Assembly (NCBI GenBank): GCA_002491195.1
Contig: DKVL01000011.1
Span: 7,254 to 71,253 of the forward strand
DNA: 64,000 nucleotides
From: Lachnospiraceae bacterium UBA7179
Lineage (GTDB): Bacteria > Bacillota > Clostridia > Lachnospirales > Lachnospiraceae
Reading direction: 5' to 3'
Shown here: in pieces, positions 9,645 to 20,734 of the stretch
Layout of the letters: every line of letters begins with the position of its first letter
Numbering within the stretch: position 1 is the first letter of the stretch
The notes under the pieces: model-generated
Databases searched by the model: none
Told to the model about the DNA's origin: nothing
The model's input: the letters and a program-made list of their open reading frames with translations, nothing else
Program-made: the position numbers and the translations under genes

Positions 9645-11372
9645 CTACTCTCTCTCTCGTACAATCACAAAGGTAGACGCCTGCACTTCCGGATATGCCA
9701 CGCTGGACACTGTAATCTGGTAAATTCCCTCTGTCTCTGGCGCCGTATACTTTCCGTTTTTGTCGATCACCCCACCGTCGCGGTCCTTCACACTCCATTT
9801 CAGCCGCTCATCTGTAAAGCCCTCAAATGCCGCTGTAAATACCATGCTGTCACCCACAAAGACGTTCGGGTTGTCAGGCTGTATGAAGATCCGTTTCTTC
9901 TTCACAGGCTCCGACCTGCGGATCTCATTGCGCAAAGCAGTCCAATGTACCCGCACCTGCCTTGCCCCGTCATTCTTCACAATCTTTAATCCGATCTCAA
10001 AGGTTCCCTCCGCCGGCATCAGACGCGCTCCCAGCGATGCAGCAAAGCCGTCCTGCCCCTGAAACATGGAAGCATCCCCAAACAGTATCCTTGCATCGCT
10101 GTCAAATCCATGGTCCACCTCGTAGCCAAGCTCAATGGCAACCGGTCCAAATCCCAGTCCATGGACAATCTCATCGGAGTAGAGCACCTCTCCCGGACGC
10201 ATATGCCCAACGTCGAACAAGACTTCGCCATAAGTAGCCCTGAGCGGCTTTTCCTCTTTCTTTTCCTTCTGGTTTTCCTTCTCCTGCAGCTTTGCTTCCT
10301 TTAGTTTTCTCACATCCTCCACAAGCTTTTGAATGACCGCCGCAGAGATCTCTGTATGCATGATCTTCTGGTCAAAAGGCAGCTGCTCAATCCGCTCGAT
10401 CAGACAGATATTTCCCGCACGCACCACATAAATCTTTGCAAGATAAATTCCCTGATGAAAGGTATTTCCCACGATATAATCCATCGCCGTCTTGTAATAC
10501 TGGACCTGCAGCGCCTCATATTCGTCCAGGTCATTGACTGATGCCTGAATCGTACATCCCTTCGCGTCAGTGTAAGTCCGCCCCCCGATCTGAAGCCGGA
10601 AGCTGTCCCTCACCATGGAAACCTGCGCCTGTACATTTGAGACACAGGCTGTCTTTAGAGGAATATCCAGCTGATATTTTCCTCCCTTTCCAGGTTCCTT
10701 ATCCTCATATGCAACGCGGACCCTGTTACTCTCCCCATTCGTGAGAAAAACAAGTTCCAACTCATACTCGAAAGAAAACGTCTGTTGTCCCGCATAAGAA
10801 ATCTCAACCCTTAAAGCAGTCTCCTTTCCCATCTCCAGAAACTTCGGCAGCACCTGGACGATCTGAAGATCCTGCCCCTGATACACGATCCCTCTCTCCT
10901 CATACAACCGCGCCGGCGAATAAATCTCACGCTCCGGCTCCTCCTGGGTCACGAACAGGCGGTATCCTTCCTTGTATTTATTAAATTCACTGCTGTTGCG
11001 CCCGGCCGCCCCCGTGACGTTGTGCATCAGTTCTGTAGCTTCCTCCTGATATTCCAGGCAAAGGTAATAAAATCCTTCCTCCTGCCCGTTTCCGTACCCC
11101 TCCAGCTCCGTGATCTTGCGCACCGCCGGCTCGTCGAGCACGATCTCCCGCCCGGCAAAATCCAATGCAAGACCCCGCTCCACAGAGATGTTCTCATCAT
11201 CCACTTCCACAACATTCAGCCCACAGACAACACCGGACCCAAAAAGAAAACGATTAATAGTTCTGCGCTTGTCGTTAAAATATTTCTGCTCTGTCTCAAA
11301 ATCTTCTACAGACAGCAACTTCCCATAAAAATACCGATTCCGCTCAAATGGAAAGCTTTTCAAATTCTTCAT
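9645..11372 (-). CDS. CIS baseplate-attached fibre-like protein with C-terminal Ig-like domain
   Basis: N-terminal ERNRYFYGKLL..EDF..EQ.Y...GSGVVCGL...GLALD..GREI motif of CIS fibre-anchor proteins; C-terminal WSV...GG.ID.NGKYTAP Ig-like domain. Confidence 0.7.
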   Translation of the reverse strand: MKNLKSFPFERNRYFYGKLLSVEDFETEQKYFNDKRRTINRFLFGSGVVCGLNVVEVDDENISVERGLALDFAGREIVLDEPAVRKITELEGYGNGQEEGFYYLCLEYQEEATELMHNVTGAAGRNSSEFNKYKEGYRLFVTQEEPEREIYSPARLYEERGIVYQGQDLQIVQVLPKFLEMGKETALRVEISYAGQQTFSFEYELELVFLTNGESNRVRVAYEDKEPGKGGKYQLDIPLKTACVSNVQAQVSMVRDSFRLQIGGRTYTDAKGCTIQASVNDLDEYEALQVQYYKTAMDYIVGNTFHQGIYLAKIYVVRAGNICLIERIEQLPFDQKIMHTEISAAVIQKLVEDVRKLKEAKLQEKENQKEKKEEKPLRATYGEVLFDVGHMRPGEVLYSDEIVHGLGFGPVAIELGYEVDHGFDSDARILFGDASMFQGQDGFAASLGARLMPAEGTFEIGLKIVKNDGARQVRVHWTALRNEIRRSEPVKKKRIFIQPDNPNVFVGDSMVFTAAFEGFTDERLKWSVKDRDGGVIDKNGKYTAPETEGIYQITVSSVAYPEVQASTFVIVRERE

Positions 11373-12532
11373 CTCTCTTCCTCCTCTACTCTGGTATCCG
11401 ACACGTCAGACGCCATTGTTACCACAGACGGAATTGCAGCTACACCGTTCAAATTCGCATGTTCATACGCTACCAGCGTGCTGTTTACTCCTACATACAC
11501 ATTTTGTCCCAGATAGATTCCCGGCCGTAAAATAATCAGATGCATCCTGATATGAGCCGGCTTCATGTCCTCTATCATTTTCTTCAAAGCATGCTGCTCC
11601 CGCAGGGAAGGCACTGTCTGTTCCCGCACAAGCACATTGACCTCATACGGGCCATGTGCGTATGACTGTTTCAGACTCTTATATGCCTTTGTGTTCCCCC
11701 GGTATTCCTCGATATCACCATACTCCAGAATAAACGGCTGCTCTCCTGTAAAGGTACTGATCATGTGCTCTGTATATTCCCGTGTACCCCGGATCAGGTT
11801 TTTCCTGACAATCCCTTCCAGCAGAAGCCTAAGCCGCTCCTCCTGCCACAGATGTGCGTTGGAGATTCCCACCCATTTCGCTAGCCAGCCCAAAAATTCA
11901 GGCTCCGCAGTCATTGGGTCGAGCTGTTTGGTAGAATCCGTGATCCGCTCCTCCAAATCCTGATAAACTGCTTCGAACATACCCAGAAATCTTCCCAGAA
12001 AATCTTCCCTGCCGCCAGTCTGATAAATTGCTGGAAGATAGGATAAAAAGCTGCGGTTTCCAGCATAAATCTTCATATGCTGAATCTCCGGAAAAAAGCC
12101 TGCCTGACAAAACAACTGGATCTCCATCCACAAATATCTTCCTCTGGCATGATACAGCAGGATATCCTGTGGATTCTGCACAATATGAACCAGACACTGC
12201 TCCATGATCTGATGTTTTTTCTCCAGGGGGATCTTCCTGCTCCTGATCAATTCTTCCCATTGGCAGATCCTGCCGTCCACCATCACCTGGTCTTCATCGC
12301 AGCAGTAAAAGGAAAAACGAACCGAATCATCCCCATAAGACTTGCTCTGAATCACAGCCCGGTGCCACTGATTCCCCTCCTCCCCGCTGTCCAACAAACG
12401 GGAGATAAAGATACCATTTTCCGAAACGCCCTCCTCCAGGGCAAGTCCCCGCTCTGTAACCCTGATATCCTGCCGGTATCCAGATTCATAGTCTCTTTTC
12501 TTGTTAAATACGAAATATTTTAACTGCTCCAC
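11369..12532 (-). CDS. Phage tail protein I-like (P2 gpI) baseplate component
   Basis: YLPAIYQ...FLGRFL...LDP.TA..EFL.WLA.WVG...RGT...KPAH motifs. Confidence 0.85.
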   Translation of the reverse strand: MEQLKYFVFNKKRDYESGYRQDIRVTERGLALEEGVSENGIFISRLLDSGEEGNQWHRAVIQSKSYGDDSVRFSFYCCDEDQVMVDGRICQWEELIRSRKIPLEKKHQIMEQCLVHIVQNPQDILLYHARGRYLWMEIQLFCQAGFFPEIQHMKIYAGNRSFLSYLPAIYQTGGREDFLGRFLGMFEAVYQDLEERITDSTKQLDPMTAEPEFLGWLAKWVGISNAHLWQEERLRLLLEGIVRKNLIRGTREYTEHMISTFTGEQPFILEYGDIEEYRGNTKAYKSLKQSYAHGPYEVNVLVREQTVPSLREQHALKKMIEDMKPAHIRMHLIILRPGIYLGQNVYVGVNSTLVAYEHANLNGVAAIPSVVTMASDVSDTRVEEEER

Positions 12533-12567
12533 ACAATCGCCCCTCCATCTATGGATTTAAGATCCTG

Positions 12568-14715
12568 TTAGAATATTGCATCCCCGCCCGCTGTAAAAAT
12601 CCTGAAATCCATGTCATTCAGATAAGGCAGCCCATTGGGAGGAAGCTGTACGTCTCCATTGACCAGATGACGGAATCCCCGGCCCCTGGCTTCCACAGAC
12701 AGGGATTTTGCCTGATGCACGCAGGGCAGCATATCAATGATTCCATAAATCTCACTGCTGGAAACCGGCCTGCCAATCTCCCATGACTTTTCATCCAGAT
12801 AAGCGCGCACCGCATCCTCAATCATCATCTCCGCATCGGTAAACTGTGGTCTGATCACAATCTCCGCAAAAATGGAAATTCCCACATATTCCGGACTCAA
12901 AATCTTGATCGTGGTTCCGATCAGTTTCCTGCAGCGCAGCATCTGCTCCAGATTCTGCCGGTACTTCTCATTGAGACTGTCATCCCGCTCCTTGTAACTT
13001 AAGGGGCGCACCACAATACAAACCTCATTCAAAGCTTTATCTTCCGGCGTAGATTTCCCTCCCGTGGATGAGATTCCCACCCCGGCCGCAGGCGGGACAA
13101 CCTTGCTGTCCAGGATCAACAGCCCCGGCGTCTGCCGCACCAGCTTTTCATAATCCGAAAACGTAACTCCGCGCCTGATCTTCTTTAATTCCTGACGCAG
13201 ACGCTCAAAGCACTCCTCTATTGTCTCATTATTCCTGCCGCCGCTGGTCATCTCATACTGCTTCACTAACAGTTCTGGAAACGCATCACACTCATGGATT
13301 TTTCCTGCCTTGATATTGCCTGCTCTTCCCTGACTCACCTTAAGCCGCAGCAAACATATATTTCCCTCAGGGGCCATTCCGTTTTCACAGTTGCCAAACG
13401 ACAGCCTGTTTTCCGCCGGTTCCAGGACATAGACTGCATCCTCAGGCGTATAATTGTCAAAATCCTCCACTCTCTGATAGGAATAGTACTTGCCATCCCG
13501 TCTGTCATAAACCATGATTTCAAATTCATCATACAAGATATTGTCGATATCCAGCGCATATGACTGATTGGCCGAACCGTCTCCCACACCAAGCTCCCGC
13601 TTTTCCCAGAAGCTATCCTCATATGCGGCCAGACGGCAGGTAAGCTTCTCCTCCGCCCAGTCCGGCTTTGCAAAATACAGCAGACAATCCCCGTCCTCTG
13701 CCTCTTCCTTTCGCCTGACAGGCACTAACACCCAGCCTCCGTCCTGTTCCAGATAGAGCTGTGTCTGACCGGTTTTTGCCAGATACATACTGCTCCTGAC
13801 ACACCCAAACAGCGCAGTGTCCGAACACGTAATCTCATAATCCTCATAATCACAGCACGAATACTGCTGCCTTACCTCGATCTCATTAAAATAAATATTC
13901 TGTATCAGCGGCGCCACATCATAATCGTTTTCCATCAGGGTGACACGGATCTGAAAGGCGCCATATGTCTCATCCTCCACCATTTTCCCTGGCAGATCGA
14001 ACCCGATTTTCCCACTCTGCAAAAAAGCGTACGTCGTGTCAAATGCCACTGGGAGCTCCTCCCACCCCTCAGCAGACTGATATTCCCATTTTAGCCTTGC
14101 AAGCGGGATAAAATCCTTCCCGATCGGATTGCGGCTCACCTCGTAATCCGTGCGGATATCAAAGGTGATGACTGTCTGTGTCCTGGTGGAAAACTCCTTA
14201 TCCATTATAAAATAACAGCAATTGCCTTCTTTGGGACATTCCCCAAAAGGATACAGCCGCATCCGTTTGTCCAGATCATTGCCAATATTGACGTATTTGT
14301 CCAACAGATCCCCACACAGGATATACGCCCCCATCAGCCGTATGGAATACGGCCATTCCTTCGAAATGGTCTCAAATACCATGTCCCCGGCAAAAAAACG
14401 AGTGCCTTTCATCAGGGATACCTGCATATCAGGCAGCCCCGCTGGAAGCTCCACACTGATGGAACCCTGTGCCGGCCTTGCATAATTCATGGAAAACCCA
14501 AACAGTTTCAAATATTTCTGCCGTTTCCAACCACAGAGCTGGCTGATATGATACTGCTGGATCTCCTTCAGCCATGAAAGGAGCCCAATCAACATAATCC
14601 CTGGATCAGACTGGTTGTGGTTGGTCCAGTCCGGACAAATCCCAGGTATTTGAAATACCGCGTCCGCTTCAATTTCCTGATAAGATTTATCATCCAGATT
14701 TAAATTATAGAACAT
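12568..14715 (-). CDS. Baseplate J-like wedge protein (Afp11/12-type)
   Basis: NLDDKSY...WTNHNQSDPGI, GGRNNET, RGVTFSDYE motifs. Confidence 0.9.
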   Translation of the reverse strand: MFYNLNLDDKSYQEIEADAVFQIPGICPDWTNHNQSDPGIMLIGLLSWLKEIQQYHISQLCGWKRQKYLKLFGFSMNYARPAQGSISVELPAGLPDMQVSLMKGTRFFAGDMVFETISKEWPYSIRLMGAYILCGDLLDKYVNIGNDLDKRMRLYPFGECPKEGNCCYFIMDKEFSTRTQTVITFDIRTDYEVSRNPIGKDFIPLARLKWEYQSAEGWEELPVAFDTTYAFLQSGKIGFDLPGKMVEDETYGAFQIRVTLMENDYDVAPLIQNIYFNEIEVRQQYSCCDYEDYEITCSDTALFGCVRSSMYLAKTGQTQLYLEQDGGWVLVPVRRKEEAEDGDCLLYFAKPDWAEEKLTCRLAAYEDSFWEKRELGVGDGSANQSYALDIDNILYDEFEIMVYDRRDGKYYSYQRVEDFDNYTPEDAVYVLEPAENRLSFGNCENGMAPEGNICLLRLKVSQGRAGNIKAGKIHECDAFPELLVKQYEMTSGGRNNETIEECFERLRQELKKIRRGVTFSDYEKLVRQTPGLLILDSKVVPPAAGVGISSTGGKSTPEDKALNEVCIVVRPLSYKERDDSLNEKYRQNLEQMLRCRKLIGTTIKILSPEYVGISIFAEIVIRPQFTDAEMMIEDAVRAYLDEKSWEIGRPVSSSEIYGIIDMLPCVHQAKSLSVEARGRGFRHLVNGDVQLPPNGLPYLNDMDFRIFTAGGDAIF

Positions 14716-14755
14716 AGCCCGCGCTCCTTCTCATACGATTCAACCATCTATTCTG

Positions 14756-17686
14756 TCAAGGCTCTGCGATCACCTCATGATAGCCACTTCTGGGCAGTCT
14801 GTAAAATGGCAGCAGCCGTTCCTCGTTCACTTCGTATTCTTCAAAACGTCCATTTCTGTATTTCCTCAGGGTAAGCTGACTGATATACTTTACCCCTTCC
14901 ACCTTTTTGAGTGCATGGGTGATCTGATTGTTGTCCGGAAGTGTGCCGATCTCCCATCCGTCCCCATAAAAGTTGCCATGCATCGGGTCCAGAAAACGTT
15001 CCAATTCCTCTCTGACTCTTTTGAGCGTGGCAAAAATCTCTTTTTTCTGTGTCAACTCCAGGACAACTTTCACATCCAACCGAATCAGCTCCGGCATGAC
15101 GATATGAAATTGTCCACGGTTTACGATATTTTCATCCATGTGCGCGGTCAGATCATTGTAAATCTTCTTTCTGGTACGCTCAAAGCTGTAAAAGCTCTCC
15201 CCGTAATCTCTTGGAAGCACAACCAGCGTCACTGCTCCCGGCTGAGGTCTTCCCAGTTCATCATAACCTGCAAAACACCGAACCTTGCTGATATCCCTGG
15301 CTGCCTCCCTGGCCATATCCTCATAGTCTTCCGCCGAGATACAGCGCCTGTTATGACGCAGCAGATTCGCGTTTCTCTCCACAGCCTCCATCACCGTTTC
15401 CTCGGCAAGTCCACACACCGTTGCCATCGGATTAAACACACTGTTGACAAATCCCACTGTCCGGTCCAGCCGGCTGATTTCCCCGACAGACAGATTCCCC
15501 TGCTCTCCCCGGCTGTAGCTGTATTTTACACGGATTCCAATCTCATCCTGCTCATTCCTTCCGCTGACGTTCATATACTTTGGAAACATCAGTTTTCCAA
15601 TGCGTCTGTCCGCAGTATATTCCTTTCTGTCCCCGCTGCCTTCTGTCAGCTCCTCCACTTCTGTCCACAGCTCCCACAAGCTATTAGAGTTGTCATAATT
15701 ATCACTGATCTTTAGCACATAGACCTCTATGCTGGAGATATCCGCATAAGAAAGCTGGATCTCCTTTTCCTCTGCACGTGGCTCTATTCCGTAAATCTCT
15801 TCCACAGTCTCAACGCCCAGGATACTGGCCGCATTCGGATAAATTCCCTCTATTTTGGGACAGCTGTCCAGATCACTATCGCTTTGTTTTCCCTTTTCTT
15901 CACTAAAACGGATCCAGTACAGATTCTGTTCGAACATCTGCCTGCGTTTGCTGTCCATGCGCCCATACCAGGAAATCAAACCTGTATGGGAAAACCCTTC
16001 TGTTCCGTCAGCAGGATGCATTTCCTTCCAGCCTTCCTCCGACAGATACTCCCATTTTACAGCCAGACTGTCTTTCACCAGATCGTGCATGACAAACAGA
16101 AATTTCAGTGGTCCTCCCACCGGCGGATCCCGAAAGCCAAGATAACAGGTCCTGTTTTCCTCCTGTCTTGCCTTGCACAGCGGAAATCCAAAACCTTTCC
16201 GCTGCATCTCCTCCGACTGGTACGCCGTCCGCTCCATATTGCTCTGCTGAACAATCACACGCGGTGCCAGAGGATCTGCCATGTAACTGTAGCTGATCGA
16301 AAAATTACCGATCACAGGCGCAATATAGGCCCCCTTTGTCTTATAAGCATTATTCATGCGGATGATCCTTGCGCGGATACAGTAATTTTCTGCAGAATTG
16401 ACCAACGCGGGCTGGATATCCTTTGGACAGGTAAATTCCATTTTTCTCCGCACGCCGCGCAGCCCATCCTCCACATCAAAGATATCCCTGTACTGCCCGG
16501 ACACAGCAAGCCGTTTCCAGCCAAACCCATTATAATATTCCCAGATGACCTCCCGGATGGTAATATCATATTCCTGCTCTGGCACAAACTCCTGTTTGCG
16601 CATGATCCGTTTCCAGACAATCTTTGCACCGGAGGCAATCTCTTCTATGGGAATCTTTACAAAATCCAGGTCAAACTCCAGACTGATCTGCGCTCCCGCT
16701 TTTCCGAAAATCTCACCGCTTCCGATATAGCATTCATCATACAGGGAAGGATTTTCTCCAAACGCCAGAAATTCCTCGATCTCCTGATCGGTACCGTTTA
16801 CATTGACAAACTCCGGCTGCTGTTTCTGACATTCTGTGCCTAGCAGCATTTTTTTCAGATACATCCTCGAAAAAAACCTGCCATCAAGAATCTCCATAGC
16901 GATCACATAGCGGGACTCAAATTCCTCTGATGCATAGTCCTCCATAGGAGCAATGCCCTGCTCGCCGCCTGGAATCTGGAACCAGAGCGCTCCGTCCCGA
17001 TACTCGCAGTCAGTAATATCCCGAAATTCTTCCCCCGATCCGTAATAAAATCGAACACGGGAAGAATCGCAGAGCGCCTCCGCCAGACTATGATCCGTTC
17101 CCTTGCCGCCCACAGCAACGCCCTCGAGCACAAGCGACAGCCGGACGTCTGCATGACTTGTAATCTTTAGCTCCTGACCAAAGCAGAACGCCAGCAGGTG
17201 GTGCTGCAGATTCTCTGTTCCATTCTGAAACAAAAAGAAAGAAGGCTCAAGCTCATAAATGGCATCCTCTCCAGGAACAGCAAGAAAGATCTTCTGGATA
17301 TCCAATGGGCGCACCAGGACTTCCTCCTGCGTCTCAAATACAAGCTGCTCTTCTGCTCCGTCCGCCAGCAGTCTGGTTCCTGACGGGACCTCCGCCTCAC
17401 TGAGCAGTCCCTCCGGCATTCCAAACACCGCAAACCCTTCGGCCGGGCTCGACGGAAGGAGCTTTGCGCCTATTCCGTCAAAGAAAGAAAAGAGATCTCC
17501 TGCCACGGACATATTAAATTTTTTAATATTGTCATACATCATATCAGCAAATATAGAGACAAGCGCAGTTCCGGCGTCCGGCTGTTTTTTGTCGTATCGC
17601 CACTCCGGAACGTACTGCTTTGCACATTTTCTCATATAATCTATGATATCTTCTCTCGACATTTTCTCCATCTGCGGAATATTCAT
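14756..17686 (-). CDS. Baseplate J-like wedge protein (Afp11/12-type)
   Basis: YVPEW...DAGTAL, RCISAEDYE..A, PGAVTLVVLP, FLDP.HG...GW.IG motifs. Confidence 0.9.
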   Translation of the reverse strand: MNIPQMEKMSREDIIDYMRKCAKQYVPEWRYDKKQPDAGTALVSIFADMMYDNIKKFNMSVAGDLFSFFDGIGAKLLPSSPAEGFAVFGMPEGLLSEAEVPSGTRLLADGAEEQLVFETQEEVLVRPLDIQKIFLAVPGEDAIYELEPSFFLFQNGTENLQHHLLAFCFGQELKITSHADVRLSLVLEGVAVGGKGTDHSLAEALCDSSRVRFYYGSGEEFRDITDCEYRDGALWFQIPGGEQGIAPMEDYASEEFESRYVIAMEILDGRFFSRMYLKKMLLGTECQKQQPEFVNVNGTDQEIEEFLAFGENPSLYDECYIGSGEIFGKAGAQISLEFDLDFVKIPIEEIASGAKIVWKRIMRKQEFVPEQEYDITIREVIWEYYNGFGWKRLAVSGQYRDIFDVEDGLRGVRRKMEFTCPKDIQPALVNSAENYCIRARIIRMNNAYKTKGAYIAPVIGNFSISYSYMADPLAPRVIVQQSNMERTAYQSEEMQRKGFGFPLCKARQEENRTCYLGFRDPPVGGPLKFLFVMHDLVKDSLAVKWEYLSEEGWKEMHPADGTEGFSHTGLISWYGRMDSKRRQMFEQNLYWIRFSEEKGKQSDSDLDSCPKIEGIYPNAASILGVETVEEIYGIEPRAEEKEIQLSYADISSIEVYVLKISDNYDNSNSLWELWTEVEELTEGSGDRKEYTADRRIGKLMFPKYMNVSGRNEQDEIGIRVKYSYSRGEQGNLSVGEISRLDRTVGFVNSVFNPMATVCGLAEETVMEAVERNANLLRHNRRCISAEDYEDMAREAARDISKVRCFAGYDELGRPQPGAVTLVVLPRDYGESFYSFERTRKKIYNDLTAHMDENIVNRGQFHIVMPELIRLDVKVVLELTQKKEIFATLKRVREELERFLDPMHGNFYGDGWEIGTLPDNNQITHALKKVEGVKYISQLTLRKYRNGRFEEYEVNEERLLPFYRLPRSGYHEVIAEP

Positions 17687-17692
17687 AAACGC

Positions 17693-18109
17693 CTAAACCT
17701 CACCCTCATTGATATAAAAAGGATACACCAGATTATATTGATTGTTTGTAGCACGGACTACATAACTGACCTGGATCGACAGCAGTCCCTGATCGATCTG
17801 CTCATCGCTGACCTCTGCCCTGATATCAGTGATCCGTGGTTCCCAGCGGATCAGGGCATGCTCCACCTCTGTTTTCATGGAATACAGGGTTGTATAATTG
17901 ACAGTCTCAAAGGCATAATCCTGTATCCTGCATCCAAATTCCGGATGCATGGGCAGCTCTCCCTGCCTGGTCCCTATGATGATGCGGATCGACTCCTGGA
18001 TGCTTTCTTCGTTGGAAGACATCTTGATCCTCCCGGTAGCTCCGTCAATTTCAATCGGAAATTTCCAGCCGGTTCCAAGAAATGCTTTTACGCTGCTTCT
18101 CTGATCCAT
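17693..18109 (-). CDS. GPW/gp25 baseplate sheath-initiator protein
   Basis: FLGTGWKFP, I.ESI.II.GT..GE..M.PEFGC, WEPRI, NLVYPFY. Confidence 0.95.
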   Translation of the reverse strand: MDQRSSVKAFLGTGWKFPIEIDGATGRIKMSSNEESIQESIRIIIGTRQGELPMHPEFGCRIQDYAFETVNYTTLYSMKTEVEHALIRWEPRITDIRAEVSDEQIDQGLLSIQVSYVVRATNNQYNLVYPFYINEGEV

Positions 18110-18141
18110 GGTTTTGCCCCTTCCTTCTAAATTAATCCAAG

Positions 18142-18921
18142 TTAATTAATTTTTACCATGCTGCCTTTGAGCTGTGCCATCCCGGACGCCTGCAGTCCCA
18201 GCTCGCCGTCCGCTTTGACCTTCACGCTGGTTCCAGAGACATTTGTGGTCTGACCAGCTAATTTTAAAGTCTGCTGGGCATCCAACTGTACAGTTCCACA
18301 GGTAAGCTTAACGGTATCTGAACTGGCATTCATCACTTCCTTGGTTCCGATCGACAAGGAGATCTCCTTCTTTGCCGTCAGCTTTAACGTCCCGTTTTTG
18401 CAGTCCATCTGAATGCTGTTATCTTTATTCTTGTCCTGCACCGACACCGCTTCGTTCTCGTCATCGAGCAGGATCTGCAGTTCCTTGGGAGTCGTGACAG
18501 TGATCTTTTCCTTCCCCTCCGTCTCGGTAAAGGTGATCTTATGTCCACCTTTTGTCATGATGGTCTTGGTCTCGTTCTTTTCCGTGGGCGCTCCATCCGG
18601 CGGCAGGTCCTTTCCATTCCAGAGACAGCCCAGAACCACGGGCATGTTCATATTCCCATGAATAAAGCCTACAAGAACCTCCGAACCAATCTCCGGCAGC
18701 CAGTAATTGCCAAAGCCATTTCCGCCGTAATTTGTCATGACTCTCACCCAGTCAGAAGTCTTTTTGTCCTTCTCACCCATCAGATACTCTACCTTGATCA
18801 TGCCTTTGTGCTCTTCATCCCAGATTTCCTTCACAATGGCATTCAGGAGTCCTGGCGCCGTGATCTCAGGATAAGTCTTGTCGTCTTTTTGTTCTGTCAG
18901 CAGCTCGTCATAAAAATTCAA
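18142..18921 (-). CDS. Baseplate spike protein (gpV / gp5 OB-fold + beta-helix)
   Basis: SDWVRV...G.G...LPEIG.EVLVGF..G...PVVLG.LWNG; T.GGH.I.F. Confidence 0.92.
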   Translation of the reverse strand: MNFYDELLTEQKDDKTYPEITAPGLLNAIVKEIWDEEHKGMIKVEYLMGEKDKKTSDWVRVMTNYGGNGFGNYWLPEIGSEVLVGFIHGNMNMPVVLGCLWNGKDLPPDGAPTEKNETKTIMTKGGHKITFTETEGKEKITVTTPKELQILLDDENEAVSVQDKNKDNSIQMDCKNGTLKLTAKKEISLSIGTKEVMNASSDTVKLTCGTVQLDAQQTLKLAGQTTNVSGTSVKVKADGELGLQASGMAQLKGSMVKIN

Positions 18922-19976
18922 CGTTTCCAGCCTCCTACCTCAAAAGTCGTCTTGTAGCCATCTCCTGTAAAGGAATGCTTTACTTCGATAATATCATAAG
19001 TTCCGTCAAGCAGCCTGCTATCCGCATTCGTGATCTTAACGCGGCCGCCCGGCTGAATCTCCGGCACGCCGATGCACACACCCGTGGCCTGTCTTGCCTG
19101 CTTCTTCATCTCGTCGGCCTTGTGCTCCGCGACCTGCTTCGCGTCGCCGGTATCCTCCACTGCGGCATCCATCTGCGTCGTCTCATTCTGCACCAGTGAC
19201 TTCTGATCGTCGTCGGACTTGACAGTCACCTCCGCCTCGACCTCTTCCTTCTTGTCCGTGTCCTGTCCCATGACCCGGATCACTGCATCCTGAAAGGAAG
19301 CCTTTCGCTGAAATGATATAAAATCCTTTGCCCATTCCATCTCGACCGTAAAGAACAGTTCCTCTGTTATCTTCTTAAAATAAAGCTTTCCGGCATGAAC
19401 AAAAAAATCCCGGTTTCCTTTTCTGCACAGCTCCTCCATGATAAAGTCATAGTCGCTGCCATTCTGAATAATACAGTCTGTCTCCAACTGATCTGTCGCG
19501 TCCACATCCTTTGTCTTATATGCCGGCTGATATTTTTTCACGACTTCATTAAACGCATCGGAATAACTCTTTACCTGGTGTGAGATATTGCTTTTCTTGC
19601 TCCCCATCATCATCCTGCGCACATCGACTGCCGTCACGCGAACAGAAGGGTTCTCGGAGAGCTCATAGTTGATCTCGTCTACATATCCATAAAATAAGGA
19701 AGTCAGAGAGGAGCCATACCCCATCTCAACCTCGACCATCTCCCCCAAGATAAAATCACTGATATCGCTGATGAATTTGCGGTTTTCCAGGTCATACACA
19801 TTGGTGAGCTTGATGACTGCCGCGCTCGCCGCCGACTGTGAGAGGGTAAGCTCGACAGACTCCACGCCATACTGGCTTGCACCGATCAGATCAAAGCCCC
19901 CCGCCTTTACCTTGATTGCAGGTACCAGGAAATCATTATATTTTGCAGCCAGGCTTGTCATGGAAACATTTGCCAC
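18918..19976 (-). CDS. Phage late-control D / gp27-like hub protein
   Basis: G..VEV.MGY....LF.G, QN.SDYDF, G.PEI.PG, G.Y.I..V.HSF..GY.T.F. Confidence 0.9.
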   Translation of the reverse strand: MANVSMTSLAAKYNDFLVPAIKVKAGGFDLIGASQYGVESVELTLSQSAASAAVIKLTNVYDLENRKFISDISDFILGEMVEVEMGYGSSLTSLFYGYVDEINYELSENPSVRVTAVDVRRMMMGSKKSNISHQVKSYSDAFNEVVKKYQPAYKTKDVDATDQLETDCIIQNGSDYDFIMEELCRKGNRDFFVHAGKLYFKKITEELFFTVEMEWAKDFISFQRKASFQDAVIRVMGQDTDKKEEVEAEVTVKSDDDQKSLVQNETTQMDAAVEDTGDAKQVAEHKADEMKKQARQATGVCIGVPEIQPGGRVKITNADSRLLDGTYDIIEVKHSFTGDGYKTTFEVGGWKR

Positions 19977-20021
19977 TTTTTTCTCCCTCCTCAGTCTTTT
20001 GCTCCTGTATCAACAGACCCA

Positions 20022-20699
20022 TCAAAGCGCTGGCAGCTTCACCACCTGCCCTGGCCGGATATCCAATGGATTCAGGATGCCATTCTCCTTGGCGATCACC
20101 TTCCACATATCGGGATCACCATATTCCATATTGGCGATGTCCCACAGCCCCATCCCCTGACGGATCGTGCGGTACTTGCTGCGGTCGGGGGATTCAAAAG
20201 GGGATTTTCTCCGCGTATCCGTCGGCGAGATCAGCGACTTAAAGGTCAGATTTACCTTGGCACGGACCGGCATGCCGCTTTCTGTAAACATAATGTACGT
20301 GTGGTTAAACTTGGTTACCACTCCGTTAAAATTCAGAGAACCCCACTTAAAGGTCACCTTAGGCGGACGGTGCAGACTACCGTCAATCGAAGTCGCATCT
20401 GCAATCTCTCTTGTGATTTCCGACACATCGGTAGAGGCATTGCTACCACCGCCTATGCCGATGACCGACAGCAAGCCTGGAGGTTTTGGGGGCACATAAG
20501 TATCCAGAAAAAGACTAAGCGATAACTCTGTCGCTTCCCCAGAAATATACTGCAGGATCGGTCCGTCTAATCCCGGTACTTTCTTTTCAGAATAATTGGC
20601 GCCGTCTGTCAGCTGATATTCTGACGGATTGAACAGCACATCGATGGTACTCGTCCCGACTTCCCTTTCAATCTCTAATTGTGCTTTTGTAAGTCCCAA
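20022..20699 (-). CDS. CIS tube-initiator protein with LysM domain (Afp7/Pvc7-like)
   Basis: VLFNPSEY, RPP.V.F.WG, G.PVRA.V, C-terminal LysM (LW.IA..EYGDP..W..IA..N.I.NP..I.PG). Confidence 0.92.
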   Translation of the reverse strand: MGLTKAQLEIEREVGTSTIDVLFNPSEYQLTDGANYSEKKVPGLDGPILQYISGEATELSLSLFLDTYVPPKPPGLLSVIGIGGGSNASTDVSEITREIADATSIDGSLHRPPKVTFKWGSLNFNGVVTKFNHTYIMFTESGMPVRAKVNLTFKSLISPTDTRRKSPFESPDRSKYRTIRQGMGLWDIANMEYGDPDMWKVIAKENGILNPLDIRPGQVVKLPAL

Positions 20700-20734
20700 A
20701 AAACCTCCTCCTTTTCCTAATCACCCACTATGGA

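Noticed and set aside
14777-16843. Long plus-strand ORFs (312 and 319 aa; likewise 43199-44212 and the short + ORFs in 44-1942)
   Set aside because: Antisense shadows of well-supported minus-strand genes, with no motifs or SD.
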